Source of the DNA: Candidatus Hydrogenedentota bacterium
GTDB lineage: Bacteria; Hydrogenedentota; Hydrogenedentia; Hydrogenedentales; Hydrogenedentaceae
Assembly: GCA_026415215.1 (NCBI GenBank)
Contig: JAOAHN010000113.1
Coordinates: forward strand, 45,337-109,336
Reading direction: 5' to 3'
Length of the DNA stretch: 64,000 nucleotides
The notes beneath the pieces were generated by a model. It saw only the letters and a program-made list of their open reading frames with translations, ran no database searches and was not told the origin of the DNA. Below are positions 47,937 to 58,857 of this stretch, in pieces; the stretch's first letter is position 1, and each line of letters opens with the position of its first letter. A program made the position numbers and the translations under genes.

Positions 47937-49034
47937 CTAATATGTAGTTCTTCCTTGCGTCCCAGCTTTAGATTTTATCACTTTTTTTGCCGGTTCTTTC
48001 GGTCTCAGCTCCCTACAAGCCTTCCCCGCTAACCACATCTCACTATTAGCCATCTCAGAAAGTTCTTTTTGCAACTGCTCTTTATAATCAGGCCTACCTA
48101 AAGCCTTAATAACTCTCTTTGCCTCGTCACCATTTTTCACCCTCTTATAAAGTTCTCTAAATACAGGTAAAGTAGCCTTTTTGAACTTAGGTTTCCAATC
48201 CAAAGCACCCCTCTGAGCTGTAGCAGAACAATTTTGATACATCCAGTCCATGCCATTCTCATCCACAAGTCTTATCAAACTTTGGGTAAGTTCTTCCACA
48301 GTCTCGTTGAAAGCCTCACTCGGACTGTGTCCATTCTCTCTAAGAACTTGGTATTGAGCTTCCATAATTCCAGCGAGTGCACCCATTAATACTCCCCGTT
48401 CTCCAGTCAAATCACTGTAAACTTCCTTTTCAAATGTGGTTGGGAAAAGATAACCCGATCCAATTCCTATACCTATTGCTAAACACCTTTCCAATGCCCT
48501 ACCTGTATAATCTTGAGCCACCGCATAACTCGAATTTATTCCTGCACCACTTAAAAAGTTCCTTCTCACAGATGTCCCAGACCCCTTCGGAGCTACCATA
48601 ATAACATCTACATACTCTGGGGGGATTACCTTTGTTAGATCTTTGTAAACAATAGAAAATCCATGAGAAAAATATAATGCATCTCCTGGCTTTAGATGCT
48701 TCTTAACATTAGGCCAAATTGCTCTCTGCGCAGCATCAGACACCAACATCTGAATAATCGTTCCCCTTTCACATGCTTCTTCTATATCAAACAGAGTCTT
48801 TCCTGGCTTCCAACCATCTTTCAAAGCTCTATCCCAGTCGGATTTAAAGTTCGGGTCTTGGCCAATTATTACATTGAATCCATTATCTCTCAAGTTCAAA
48901 CTTTGGGCAGGTCCCTGAACACCATACCCTATAACCGCAATGATTTCATCTTTCAAAACTTTCCTGGCTTTTGACATTGGAAACTCTTTACGGGTAATCA
49001 CTTCCTCTTTCTCTCCACCAAAATCAATTAACAT
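47937..49034 (-). CDS. ilvC: ketol-acid reductoisomerase
   Basis: N-terminal Rossmann IGYGVQG motif and conserved KARI C-domain. Confidence 0.9.
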   Translation of the reverse strand: MLIDFGGEKEEVITRKEFPMSKARKVLKDEIIAVIGYGVQGPAQSLNLRDNGFNVIIGQDPNFKSDWDRALKDGWKPGKTLFDIEEACERGTIIQMLVSDAAQRAIWPNVKKHLKPGDALYFSHGFSIVYKDLTKVIPPEYVDVIMVAPKGSGTSVRRNFLSGAGINSSYAVAQDYTGRALERCLAIGIGIGSGYLFPTTFEKEVYSDLTGERGVLMGALAGIMEAQYQVLRENGHSPSEAFNETVEELTQSLIRLVDENGMDWMYQNCSATAQRGALDWKPKFKKATLPVFRELYKRVKNGDEAKRVIKALGRPDYKEQLQKELSEMANSEMWLAGKACRELRPKEPAKKVIKSKAGTQGRTTY

Positions 49035-49144
49035 AAGAGCTCTCCTTCTCTTGTTATGAGTAGGTTACATTAAAATATTCTCGAAGTATGAGTGTGATAA
49101 ATTATAAAATAAAAGCATATCTCATTAAAACTTAACTTTTTCCA

Positions 49145-50281
49145 ATGAAAATAATAGTAGACATAACACCACTAAGAGGACAAAAGTCGGGAATAGGAAA
49201 CTACCTATACTACACACTAAAATACCTCATTAAAAATGTTCGTGATATTGATTTAATTGGCTTCTCCCTGGGTATAAGAAAATTTTCAGATGACAGCCTT
49301 GATCTCTTAAAAAAGTTTAGAAAAAGTATAATCATACCTTTTCCTACATCACCACTATATTATTACTGGAACTTCGTATCGTTCCCTAAAGTAGATTTTA
49401 TACTCCCATCCGCCGAGGTATACCATGCCACCAATTACTATCTTCCTCCTACCTCGAAGAAATGTGTTTTGTCCATATACGATCTCTCATTTCTGAAAAG
49501 CCCAGCTCTGGCAAATCAAAAAATAGTTTCTCTGTTTTCGAAAAAAATAAAGAAACATGCCCATATAGCTAACCACATAATTACCTGCTCAGAGTATTCA
49601 AAACAAGAAATTACCACTCTACTAAACATCCCTCCAGAAAAAATCTCGGTTGCATATCCAGCAGTAGATAAAACCATTTTCTACCTCGCCGAGAAGCATA
49701 AATCTTTCGAAAAACTATGGGAAAAATATCGTATTCCAACCCCGTATGTTCTATTTGTAGGTACAATAGAAGAAAGAAAAAATGTAGACGGGCTTTTAGA
49801 TATATTCAGAACAATTTCTACCAAGTTACCACATTATCTACTCATCATAGGCAAAAAGGGCTCAAGCTTTAATAAGGTCTATGAAAAGATAAAAACTCTC
49901 AAAAATCCAGATAAGGTTATCATTGTTGATTATATTGAAAAACACTCTGATCTCAGATTATTCTACAATTGTGCTGACTTGTTTATTTTTCCTAGTATAG
50001 ACGAAGGCTTTGGTATCCCTGTATTGGAAGCTATGGCGTGTGGATGTCCGGTTTTATCTTCTAATAAAGGAGCTTTGCCAGAAGTAATTGGTAAAGGAGG
50101 CATTACTCATGATCCACTCGACATAGAAGGCTTCGCAAACAAAGCCTTACAAGTCTTGTGCGATGTAAGTGAAAAAGAAAGGATAATCCAATACGGCTTT
50201 CAACAAGTAGAAAAATTTAGTTGGGAAAATACAGCAAAGAAACACTATGAAATCTATAAGAAAGTAGCTACTAATGATTAG
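49145..50281 (+). CDS. glycosyltransferase family 4
   Basis: GT-B fold with a C-terminal EGFGIPVLEAMACGCPV motif. Confidence 0.75.
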   Translation: MKIIVDITPLRGQKSGIGNYLYYTLKYLIKNVRDIDLIGFSLGIRKFSDDSLDLLKKFRKSIIIPFPTSPLYYYWNFVSFPKVDFILPSAEVYHATNYYLPPTSKKCVLSIYDLSFLKSPALANQKIVSLFSKKIKKHAHIANHIITCSEYSKQEITTLLNIPPEKISVAYPAVDKTIFYLAEKHKSFEKLWEKYRIPTPYVLFVGTIEERKNVDGLLDIFRTISTKLPHYLLIIGKKGSSFNKVYEKIKTLKNPDKVIIVDYIEKHSDLRLFYNCADLFIFPSIDEGFGIPVLEAMACGCPVLSSNKGALPEVIGKGGITHDPLDIEGFANKALQVLCDVSEKERIIQYGFQQVEKFSWENTAKKHYEIYKKVATND

Positions 50282-51383
50282 CGCTCTAATAAACGGAATA
50301 CAGTTAGGCAACAAGAGTGGAACTGGTAGATATTCAGAGGAACTAATTAAAGGACTGATAAATCTTCGAGAAGATATTCTAATCCACTTATGTTCAAGCA
50401 TTGAGTTAGGAATATCCTCTCCAAAACTAAAAATCCTATCGTTACCTAAAGAAAAAACAATTGCAAATATCCTCTTGCCAATTTATATAAAATCTTACTT
50501 AAACAAATACAAAATTGACATTGTTCATCACCCCTCATTCTATGGTCCCGTCTCGTCTCATATACCCACTATAGTGACTGTTCACGACCTTGCTTTTCTC
50601 GAAAATCCGTCTTGGTTCCCAATCCACATATCCACTTTTTACAAAATAATGATACCTAAATCTACTTCACAAGCATATTTTATAATCGCGGATTCTGGAT
50701 TTACAGCAACTCAAATTACAAAACATCTCAGCATACCTGCCAACAGAATTAGAGTTATATACCTGGGGGTGTCAGACCAGTTCAAGCCTGCTTCTCAACA
50801 AGAAATATCTAAAATCAGAGAAAAATATAAATTACCATCGAGATATATACTATACTTAGGCACTCTTGAACCCAGGAAAAATATCCCAAATATGTTAAGG
50901 GGATGGGAAAAAGCTTTTCCAGCAATACGCACTCCAATAGTTTTAATAGGTAGAAAGGGTTGGAAAATAGGGGAAATTGATAAAACTATAAAAAAATCAC
51001 TGTACAAAGAGCACATCCACCTCTTGGGGTATGTCCCAGATGAAGATATAAGCGTTATTATGAGTGGTGCAGAACTTTTTATATACTTGAGCTTATATGA
51101 AGGCTTCGGTCTACCACCTTTGGAAGCTATGAAATGCGGGACCCCCGTGATGGTTTCAAACACAGGTAGTTTAAAAGAAATATTTGCAAATCGGGCTATT
51201 CTCGTCGAACCTACTAATATAGACAGTATTTCGGAAAACCTTGTAAAAGTAATTGACGATGATAATCTAAAACACTCTCTTATCGCTAATGGTCTTATAT
51301 ATGCCAGTTCGTTTACATGGGAGAAAACCGCAAGAGAAACTTTACAAGTCTACAAAAATTGTTTATTATTAAGAAAAAAGTAG
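50274..51383 (+). CDS. glycosyltransferase family 4
   Basis: EGFGLPPLEAMKCGTPV motif. 8-nt overlap with the upstream glycosyltransferase. Confidence 0.75.
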   Translation: MISALINGIQLGNKSGTGRYSEELIKGLINLREDILIHLCSSIELGISSPKLKILSLPKEKTIANILLPIYIKSYLNKYKIDIVHHPSFYGPVSSHIPTIVTVHDLAFLENPSWFPIHISTFYKIMIPKSTSQAYFIIADSGFTATQITKHLSIPANRIRVIYLGVSDQFKPASQQEISKIREKYKLPSRYILYLGTLEPRKNIPNMLRGWEKAFPAIRTPIVLIGRKGWKIGEIDKTIKKSLYKEHIHLLGYVPDEDISVIMSGAELFIYLSLYEGFGLPPLEAMKCGTPVMVSNTGSLKEIFANRAILVEPTNIDSISENLVKVIDDDNLKHSLIANGLIYASSFTWEKTARETLQVYKNCLLLRKK

Positions 51384-51387
51384 TTAT

Positions 51388-51624
51388 ATGAATGGAGTGG
51401 GAAAATTACTTATATTAAGTGGTATTGTTATTACTATCGTCGGGCTTGTTCTTGTGGTAGGCGCTCATCTTCCATTAAAATTGGGAAAACTTCCTGGTGA
51501 CATTCATATCGAAGGTAAAAGTGGGAGTTTTTATTTCCCGATTACAACTTCGCTCATCATCAGTTTGATACTTACCATTCTATTAAACCTACTGCTATTT
51601 TTTATAAACTTCTTTAATAAGTGA
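51388..51624 (+). CDS. DUF2905 small membrane protein
   Basis: 78 aa with two TM segments flanking LPGDIHIEGKSGSFYFP, matching the DUF2905 pattern. Confidence 0.5.
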   Translation: MNGVGKLLILSGIVITIVGLVLVVGAHLPLKLGKLPGDIHIEGKSGSFYFPITTSLIISLILTILLNLLLFFINFFNK

Positions 51625-52305
51625 ATTGTACTCTGATTTATTTGTTAACATACTGATAGAAAACAAGCTTAAATCAGGAAGAACCAAATCTGCAAAAGAA
51701 GTGTCTTGAATAGGTCTTCCAGGTCTTGCTAAAGCCACACAAAACATCCCGGCAGACTTCACCGCCTTGAACCCGACTGTCGAATCTTCAAATGCCACAC
51801 ACTTTTCTGGTTCCACTTCAAGTATCTTAGCTGCCTTAAGATAGCCTGCGGGGTGGGGTTTCCCAGGTGTATAGTCCTCTTTCCCAAGTGCAAACACCAA
51901 ATGTTTTTCTAATCCGAGTTTTCTAACAGTGTCAATCACATCATTTTTATACGAGCCAGAAACGATAGCACAGGGGTAGTGTTCCGACAATCTTTTTAGA
52001 ATCTCCACAGAACCTGGAATAACCAAGTCTACTTGGGAAGCATATTTATCAAAATATGGATGCACCTTCTCTATAAGAGCCGGAACTTCGCCTGAAAGAG
52101 ACGGGTATCTTTTTGCTATTTCCTCATATATATAATCCCAAGGATTACCATAGACTAACTCAATTGCCGAACTATCGTCTATCCCAATACCTCTATCTTT
52201 CAGATAATCTCTTACAGCATACACCCAAACTATTTCAGAATCTATCAATGTTCCATCTAAGTCAAATAAAAACGCTTTCACATCCATCATTTCATTACCT
52301 CTCAA
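51595..52305 (-). CDS. HAD-superfamily hydrolase (beta-phosphoglucomutase-like subfamily IA)
   Basis: Motif I FDLDGTLIDSE, with motifs II-IV present. Confidence 0.75.
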   Translation of the reverse strand: MRGNEMMDVKAFLFDLDGTLIDSEIVWVYAVRDYLKDRGIGIDDSSAIELVYGNPWDYIYEEIAKRYPSLSGEVPALIEKVHPYFDKYASQVDLVIPGSVEILKRLSEHYPCAIVSGSYKNDVIDTVRKLGLEKHLVFALGKEDYTPGKPHPAGYLKAAKILEVEPEKCVAFEDSTVGFKAVKSAGMFCVALARPGRPIQDTSFADLVLPDLSLFSISMLTNKSEYNSLIKEVYKK

Positions 52306-52341
52306 TAATTTTCATTAAAATATCAATTATATATATTCATT

Positions 52342-54798
52342 TCAATAAATCTGATACGGATCTACATCTACAACTAATTTGGCTTTACTACTGAGCTCCA
52401 CTCTATCAAAATACTCCAATATTTTTTTTATAAAGGTTACTAATATACTTATCTCCTTACATAGAATTGCAAACTGCCATCTATACCTCCCCCTCAACTT
52501 TCTATAAATTGCAGGAGCAGGACCTAAGATAATAACCCTAACCTTTTCCAGATTCTCAATATCTTTTTTACATTTCTCCACTAAAGCATAGCCTATTTTA
52601 GGAGGTATATTTTCATCCTCAGATTCTATACCAAAATGCACCATTCTACTTAAAGGAGGGTATCCCACTTTACTACGAAACTTTATTTCCCTATCAAAAA
52701 ATGTCTCATAGCTATGAGATTGCACTGCCTTAATTACATAGTGGTTAGGCATATATGTCTGAATTACGACTTCTCCTGGATACTCTCTTCTTCCCGTTCT
52801 TCCAGCGACTTGCATTAGTAGTTGAAAAGTGTATTCTGGAGAACGAAAATTTGGAAGAGTTAAACCTACATCCGCATTAACAACACCAACCAATGTAACT
52901 TTAGGATAATCGTGACCTTTTGCAATCATCTGAGTTCCAACTAATATATCGATCTTACCTTCTGAAAGGTCTCTCAATATCTGATATGCTTTAATCTGAG
53001 AATTTACCGTATCGGTATCTACTCTTACAATAGTAGCGTGGGGAAAATAAACCGTCAGAATATCTTCTATTCTCTGAGTTCCAGCTCCAAGAAATATCAA
53101 AGGTCTAAATCCACATTCTTCACATATATCTGGCCGAGTTTTTTTAAAGTTACAGTAATGACATACTACAATTCCACCCTTTCTATGATAATTTAAACTT
53201 GTTCTACAGTTCGGACAAGGAACCACCCAACCACAGGATGGACACATAACCACTGGAGCAAAACCTCTCCTATTTATCAACAGCATCGTCTGTTCCCGTC
53301 TCTCGAGTCGCTCTCTAATCTTATCTTTAAGCAACTCGGAAATCACTATTTCCTCATCGACTTTAGCCTCTTTTCTTAAGTCTACTACTTGAACTGAAGG
53401 TAAACTCCCAAATGCTACCCTTTTCGTAAGTTTTAGGAGAGTATATTTCCCCCTCTCAGCGTTTACAAAACTTTCCAAAGAAGGAGTTGCAGAGCCGAGA
53501 ATACAGACTGCGGAATTTAATTTAGCTCTCATCACGGCTACATCTCTCGCATGATATCGAGGAGTCTCTTCTTGCTTATATGTATGTTCGTGCTCCTCGT
53601 CAACTACTATCAGTCCCAAATTGAAAAAAGGGGCAAACAAAGCGGACCTAACACCTATAACTATATCTACTTTACCATTTTTTATTTTGTGCCACTCCTC
53701 ATACTTTTGCCTCTCTGTAATACCACTATGTATAACCGCAACTCTATTCCCAAACCTGTGGATAAGCCTGCTCAATGTTTGAGGAGTTAGGGAGATTTCT
53801 GGGACTAAAAATATACACTGCTTACCCCTCGAAATAACATCTTGAATGCAACGAAAATAAACCTCCGTCTTACCGGAACCCGTAATTCCATACAATAGGA
53901 AAGTTCTGTATTCACCCCTCTCCACACTCAATAGTATTTCATTCAGACAACTCAGTTGTTCCTCAGTAAGCTGAATATTTTCTTTCTCTACAAACGAGTC
54001 CAAAACCTGAAAACCAAAATGAGAAGTATCTGATGTCTTGTAAAATACTTCTAATACATTCTCCTTCACAAGGGCATTTACCACTCGCATAGACACTTTT
54101 AAATTGGTAACCAACTCTTTTATAGAGATTTCTTTAACCTCATGGAGCAGATATAGATAAACCCTGGCTTTGTCAGGAGATTTTCTCTGCCATGCGAGAA
54201 GTTGATCACCATCTATAATTTTCGAGGGATTCAACCTAATCCATTTTTCTTGACTCTTCCTACTACTTTCAAGTTCAGGAAGAAAAGTTTCCTTCAATAT
54301 CCCCTCTTTTAAAAGATTGTTCAGCTCATTCTCAATATCAACTCCTCTAAATTTTCTCTTAAGCTCCTTTTTGGAAAGTGTTCTTTTCTCTAATGTAGAA
54401 ATAATCTGATACGTAAGAGTTCCAGGTAAAAAACTTATTTTTGACTTACAGTTAACCTCATATTTTGGAGCACTAACTGTTCGTAAAAATCCAGGAACAG
54501 CTAATTGAAGTGCTAATCCAGGAGGCGAAATGTAATAATTTGATATCCAGATGCAGATGTCTATCAATTCTTTAGGGAGTATAGGCTCATCATCAAGAAC
54601 GCTCAAAACTGGCTTAAGCCGATCAATTGATTCACACTTTCTTATGGCAATTACAATTCCCACCTCTAAAGCATTTCTTACTTGCACTAACACTCTCTTA
54701 CCCACTTCCACCTTTTCCTCAAGATTAGCCGGAACAACATAGGTTAAAAAATGGTCTATAGGTAAGAAAACAGCCACATCAGTAACAGTTGTATCCAT
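52342..54798 (-). CDS. priA: primosomal protein N' (replication restart helicase)
   Basis: Walker A GITGSGKT, DEAH-like DEEH, and a Cys4/Cys4 zinc-binding region (CPSCG...CPNC...CHYC...CEEC). Confidence 0.85.
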   Translation of the reverse strand: MDTTVTDVAVFLPIDHFLTYVVPANLEEKVEVGKRVLVQVRNALEVGIVIAIRKCESIDRLKPVLSVLDDEPILPKELIDICIWISNYYISPPGLALQLAVPGFLRTVSAPKYEVNCKSKISFLPGTLTYQIISTLEKRTLSKKELKRKFRGVDIENELNNLLKEGILKETFLPELESSRKSQEKWIRLNPSKIIDGDQLLAWQRKSPDKARVYLYLLHEVKEISIKELVTNLKVSMRVVNALVKENVLEVFYKTSDTSHFGFQVLDSFVEKENIQLTEEQLSCLNEILLSVERGEYRTFLLYGITGSGKTEVYFRCIQDVISRGKQCIFLVPEISLTPQTLSRLIHRFGNRVAVIHSGITERQKYEEWHKIKNGKVDIVIGVRSALFAPFFNLGLIVVDEEHEHTYKQEETPRYHARDVAVMRAKLNSAVCILGSATPSLESFVNAERGKYTLLKLTKRVAFGSLPSVQVVDLRKEAKVDEEIVISELLKDKIRERLERREQTMLLINRRGFAPVVMCPSCGWVVPCPNCRTSLNYHRKGGIVVCHYCNFKKTRPDICEECGFRPLIFLGAGTQRIEDILTVYFPHATIVRVDTDTVNSQIKAYQILRDLSEGKIDILVGTQMIAKGHDYPKVTLVGVVNADVGLTLPNFRSPEYTFQLLMQVAGRTGRREYPGEVVIQTYMPNHYVIKAVQSHSYETFFDREIKFRSKVGYPPLSRMVHFGIESEDENIPPKIGYALVEKCKKDIENLEKVRVIILGPAPAIYRKLRGRYRWQFAILCKEISILVTFIKKILEYFDRVELSSKAKLVVDVDPYQIY

Positions 54799-54880
54799 AG
54801 TTAAATCCTGAGATCAAATTAAGATAAGTGTTACTCTTCCCTCCCAAAAACTTTTACCACTACCTCTGACACCTATAAAT

Positions 54881-55483
54881 TTACTCACTGATATCGGTGT
54901 GCCAATAAGCGAAGTCAACGAACTTTTGCCAAGTAGATATTTGCTCTTTCCTTATCTTCACCCCTAACCGAGGAAGAAATCGAGGTGTAGTGGGCTTCCG
55001 CAAGAGCTTCATACCCGCTTCCTCAGGTGTCAAATTGCCTTTCTTTAAATTGCATTGCAAACAAGCTAATACAAGATTATCCCAACTATCCTTTCCTCCC
55101 CGAGACCGAGGAATAACATGGTCTATAGTCAGCTCTTGCTTAGGTAGAAATCTACCACAATACTGACATTGATTACGGTCTCTCAAAAATATATTTCTCC
55201 TACAAAGGTGAACCTCTCTAATCACATACCCATTATATACCTTTAACAAAATTACATCCGGTAACAATATTTTTAACCGAGGAGTAATAATATATCTGCC
55301 ATTTTCAAAATACTGCTTTTGCTTAGAAAGCTCACACCATGAGTCAAAATCATAGAGAGAAAAGTCATCTGGCTTAACTACAGACGCATGTCCCTGAAAA
55401 ACTAACAGAAGAGCCCTTTTAACACTTGTAACATTAATAGCAATCCATGAGCGATTTAAAACAAGTACGGTTCCACTTAACAT
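54881..55483 (-). CDS. HNH endonuclease family protein
   Basis: CQYCG...IDHVIPRSRGG...NLVLAC...C HNH/zinc-finger motif. Confidence 0.75.
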   Translation of the reverse strand: MLSGTVLVLNRSWIAINVTSVKRALLLVFQGHASVVKPDDFSLYDFDSWCELSKQKQYFENGRYIITPRLKILLPDVILLKVYNGYVIREVHLCRRNIFLRDRNQCQYCGRFLPKQELTIDHVIPRSRGGKDSWDNLVLACLQCNLKKGNLTPEEAGMKLLRKPTTPRFLPRLGVKIRKEQISTWQKFVDFAYWHTDISE

Positions 55484-55569
55484 TACACCACTCCTGGAAT
55501 TACCATACTATACTACCCTCCTCCAATATATTGCAAGTTTAAAGGAGTGGTATCGAAAAATTAAACCCC

Positions 55570-55968
55570 TTATGACTCAGGACTTTCCTCTACTGACGAA
55601 GCCACCGTTTCTCCGAATCTTTGCTTAGCCTTAACCTTTGCATGTTTCCCAACACGCTCACGCAGATAATATAACTTCGCCCTTCTTACTTTACCCTCTC
55701 TCACAACCTCCACTTTAGCTATTCTCGGAGAATGCAAGGGGAAAACTCTCTCAACACCTTCACCGTAGGTAACTCTTCTAACCGTAAAGGTAGCGTTAGG
55801 ACCCGTTCCGTGTTTTCTGCCGATTACTACTCCCTCAAAAACTTGAATCCTTTCCTTTCCTCCCTCCACTATCTTAAAGTGAACCCTTACTGTATCACCT
55901 ATATTGAAAGAGGGAATCTCATCAGGCTTCCTCATATACTTGCTTGCGTATTCAGTAACAAGATCCAC
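55570..55968 (-). CDS. rplS: 50S ribosomal protein L19
   Basis: Highly conserved L19 sequence ([10 protein letters not shown]...[10 protein letters not shown]). Confidence 0.9.
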   Translation of the reverse strand: MDLVTEYASKYMRKPDEIPSFNIGDTVRVHFKIVEGGKERIQVFEGVVIGRKHGTGPNATFTVRRVTYGEGVERVFPLHSPRIAKVEVVREGKVRRAKLYYLRERVGKHAKVKAKQRFGETVASSVEESPES

Positions 55969-56029
55969 TTTAGTAACTCCTCTTTTATCGGTTCAAAATT
56001 ACTATAAAGAATGGCATATATTTTACAAC

Positions 56030-56767
56030 TTATTCATACATATCTTCCAATTCATCTAAATCTATCTTCAGCCTTTCTCTGAGATTTTCAAACAAATCTG
56101 GCCTTTTTCTAAGAGTTCTCAAAATAGCCTGCTTCTCTCGCCATTTTCTTATTTCTTCGTGATTACCAGACAAGAGAACATCTGGAACTTTCATCCCTCT
56201 GAAGTTAGCAGGCTTAGTATATTGCGGACAACTTAAAAGCCCATTATAAAAAGACTCATTAACAACTGACTCCCACTCTCCCACTACACCTGGCACCATT
56301 CTGCTTACCGCCTCAATCACAACAAGTGCTGGTAACTCTCCACCACTAAGAACATAATCACCTATTGAGATCTCTTCAGTAACCAATCCTTCAACTACCC
56401 TCTCATCTACTCCTTCATATCTACCACAAATCAAAACAAAATCTTTCCAGCTCGCCATTTCCTTGACTTTGTCTTGAGTTAAAACTTTCCCAGCCGGTGA
56501 AAGTAAAATGATATGTTCCAGTGAATTCTTTCCCTTCAAGGCCTCTACACTCTCATATATGGGTTCACACTTCATTACCATTCCAGGACCACCGCCATAA
56601 GGAGTATCATCAACTGTTTTGTGATTATCATGAGCATAATCTCGTAAATTATGAACAAATACTCCAATTAAAGACTTTTTATTTATTGCTTTACCTAACA
56701 AGCCCAATTTCAGAGGTATCTCAAAAAACTCAGGAAATATGGTTATCACATCTATTCGAAGAAGCAT
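56030..56767 (-). CDS. trmD: tRNA (guanine37-N1)-methyltransferase
   Basis: SPOUT trefoil knot motifs (ICGRYEGVDERV). Confidence 0.9.
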   Translation of the reverse strand: MLLRIDVITIFPEFFEIPLKLGLLGKAINKKSLIGVFVHNLRDYAHDNHKTVDDTPYGGGPGMVMKCEPIYESVEALKGKNSLEHIILLSPAGKVLTQDKVKEMASWKDFVLICGRYEGVDERVVEGLVTEEISIGDYVLSGGELPALVVIEAVSRMVPGVVGEWESVVNESFYNGLLSCPQYTKPANFRGMKVPDVLLSGNHEEIRKWREKQAILRTLRKRPDLFENLRERLKIDLDELEDMYE

Positions 56768-56781
56768 GTCAAAAAGTATAC

Positions 56782-57057
56782 TTATGTAGTTATGGTCTTA
56801 TTATCTTCTAAATTCTCTTCCAGAACTTCCAGTTTTGCTCTTTTATTGGCTTTAGCGGAGGCAATTCCCAAAATCGATCTAATAGTTTTTATTGTCTTTC
56901 CCCTTTTACCTATTACTCTTCCCATATCATCTTTACCAACTTTCAACTGCAAAACAATTTCTTCTTCAGATTCTATCTGATTTATACTTACTTCTTCAGG
57001 GTTCTTAACAATCTTTTTTACTATAAATTCTACTAAGTCTTTCATATCTCTCTCCAA
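56782..57057 (-). CDS. KH-domain RNA-binding protein (YlqC-like)
   Basis: GKDDMGRVIGKRGKTIKTIR matches the KH GxxG loop. It lies between rpsP and trmD. Confidence 0.7.
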   Translation of the reverse strand: MERDMKDLVEFIVKKIVKNPEEVSINQIESEEEIVLQLKVGKDDMGRVIGKRGKTIKTIRSILGIASAKANKRAKLEVLEENLEDNKTITT

Positions 57058-57071
57058 AGGATTTTTTGTAA

Positions 57072-57356
57072 CTATTTAGATTGATTAACCTCACAAGCAC
57101 GCATTAAACATCCACTCAGCCCTTTTTTTCTTATGAGAGATCTTACCGTATCACTTGGAATAGCTCCTATACCTATCCAATACTTCAACTTTTCCTCATC
57201 AAATTCCGTAACAGGGTTAGGCTTTGCTTTAGGTTGGTAGTATCCCACAATGTCTAATTCTTTCCCCTGCCTCCTCTCCCGAGAGTCCATTACAACAATC
57301 CTGTAATATGGGTCATGTGTTCTGCCACCTCTTTTTAACCTAATCACAGTTGCCAT
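57072..57356 (-). CDS. rpsP: 30S ribosomal protein S16
   Basis: MATVIRLKRGG...PYYRIVV conserved N-terminus. Confidence 0.9.
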   Translation of the reverse strand: MATVIRLKRGGRTHDPYYRIVVMDSRERRQGKELDIVGYYQPKAKPNPVTEFDEEKLKYWIGIGAIPSDTVRSLIRKKGLSGCLMRACEVNQSK

Positions 57357-57399
57357 TCTTCGATTCCTCCTAAGTTCGCTTAAATTTTATTTATTATGT

Positions 57400-58749
57400 T
57401 TACAAAACTCCACCAGGGAAAAATGGTCCCATACCCTTTGGAACCTTCCCTTTTTGAGTTTTTATCATATCCTTCATCATTTTCCGCATCTTTTCAAAAT
57501 CTCTAAGTAAGGCGTTTACCTCCTGAACTGTAGTTCCACTCCCTTCTGCAATCCTTCTCCTTCTACTACCATTAATAATTTTAGGATTTCTTCGTTCTTC
57601 CTTTGTCATAGAAAGAATAATTGCCTCAGTCCTTTTCAATTCATCTTCTGGCAAATCTAACTCTGTAGGCATCAATTTATTTATTCCTGGAATTTTTTTC
57701 AGCAAATCTCCAAAACTCCCCATTTTCTTAACTTGTCGCATCTGTTCCAGAAAATCTTCTAAATCCCAACTTGCCTTACGAATTTTCTCTTGAAACTGTA
57801 GTGCCTTTTCTTTATCAACCACCTCCTGAGCTTTTTCTACCAGTGATACTATGTCACCCATCCCTAATATCTGATCTGCCATTCTCCGAGGGTGAAAAGG
57901 TTCCAAAGCATCTATCTTTTCTCCAGTTCCTATGAACTTAATCGGACACTGAGTAACCTCTATAATACTTAGTGCGGCACCACCGCGGGCATCACCATCC
58001 ATTTGAGTAAGAATAACACCAGTCAATGGCAAATTATCGTGAAATTGCTTAGCTGAACGAACAGCATCTTGACCCACCATTGCATTAGCTACGAATAAAA
58101 TTTCATGTGGTTTTATTTGGTTTGCAATTTGTCTTACCTCCGCCATCATCTCGGTATCTATATGTAACCGTCCAGCAGTATCTAAGATAACATAATCACA
58201 CCCTCTTAGTTGAGCTTCTCCAATTGACATGACCGCTATATCCACAGGATCACTACTCTCACCTAACGAGAAATACTCAACTCCCGCTTGCTGAGAAAGG
58301 ACTTCTAATTGTTTTATAGCAGCTGGACGATATATATCAGCTCCTACAAGCATTGGTTTTGCGCTCTTTTTACGCTTTAGAAAGTTCGCAAGTTTTGCTG
58401 CAGAGGTAGTTTTGCCTTGTCCTTGCAATCCTACCAACATAATTATTGTGGGGGGGGTATGAGCGGTTATCAATTCCTTATTCTCCCCACCCATAATCTC
58501 AACTAACTCATCATAAACAATTTTTACAAGTTGTTGAGTGGGATTGATGCTATTTAAAACTTTCTGTCCAAGAGCCTTCTGTTGAATATCCTCAATGAAT
58601 TTCTTAACTACTTTATAATTAACATCTGCTTCCAAAAGGGCAACACGGATGAGCTGTAAGCCCTCTTTCATATTTTCTTCCGTGAGCCTAACCTGGCCGC
58701 GGAAAAATTTAAAAGCAGACTCTAATTTTTTTGATAGGGATTCAAACAT
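57400..58749 (-). CDS. ffh: signal recognition particle protein
   Basis: N-domain, G-domain (GLQGQGKTT, DTAGR) and a Met-rich M-domain. Confidence 0.9.
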   Translation of the reverse strand: MFESLSKKLESAFKFFRGQVRLTEENMKEGLQLIRVALLEADVNYKVVKKFIEDIQQKALGQKVLNSINPTQQLVKIVYDELVEIMGGENKELITAHTPPTIIMLVGLQGQGKTTSAAKLANFLKRKKSAKPMLVGADIYRPAAIKQLEVLSQQAGVEYFSLGESSDPVDIAVMSIGEAQLRGCDYVILDTAGRLHIDTEMMAEVRQIANQIKPHEILFVANAMVGQDAVRSAKQFHDNLPLTGVILTQMDGDARGGAALSIIEVTQCPIKFIGTGEKIDALEPFHPRRMADQILGMGDIVSLVEKAQEVVDKEKALQFQEKIRKASWDLEDFLEQMRQVKKMGSFGDLLKKIPGINKLMPTELDLPEDELKRTEAIILSMTKEERRNPKIINGSRRRRIAEGSGTTVQEVNALLRDFEKMRKMMKDMIKTQKGKVPKGMGPFFPGGVL

Positions 58750-58857
58750 AGAATACTGAATTAGACTCCAACTACACTTACCTTAAAATTTCCACTGGAA
58801 AAGAATTATATCACACATGTGTAAAACATCACAAAAAGATGTGTAACTACAGAGGTG

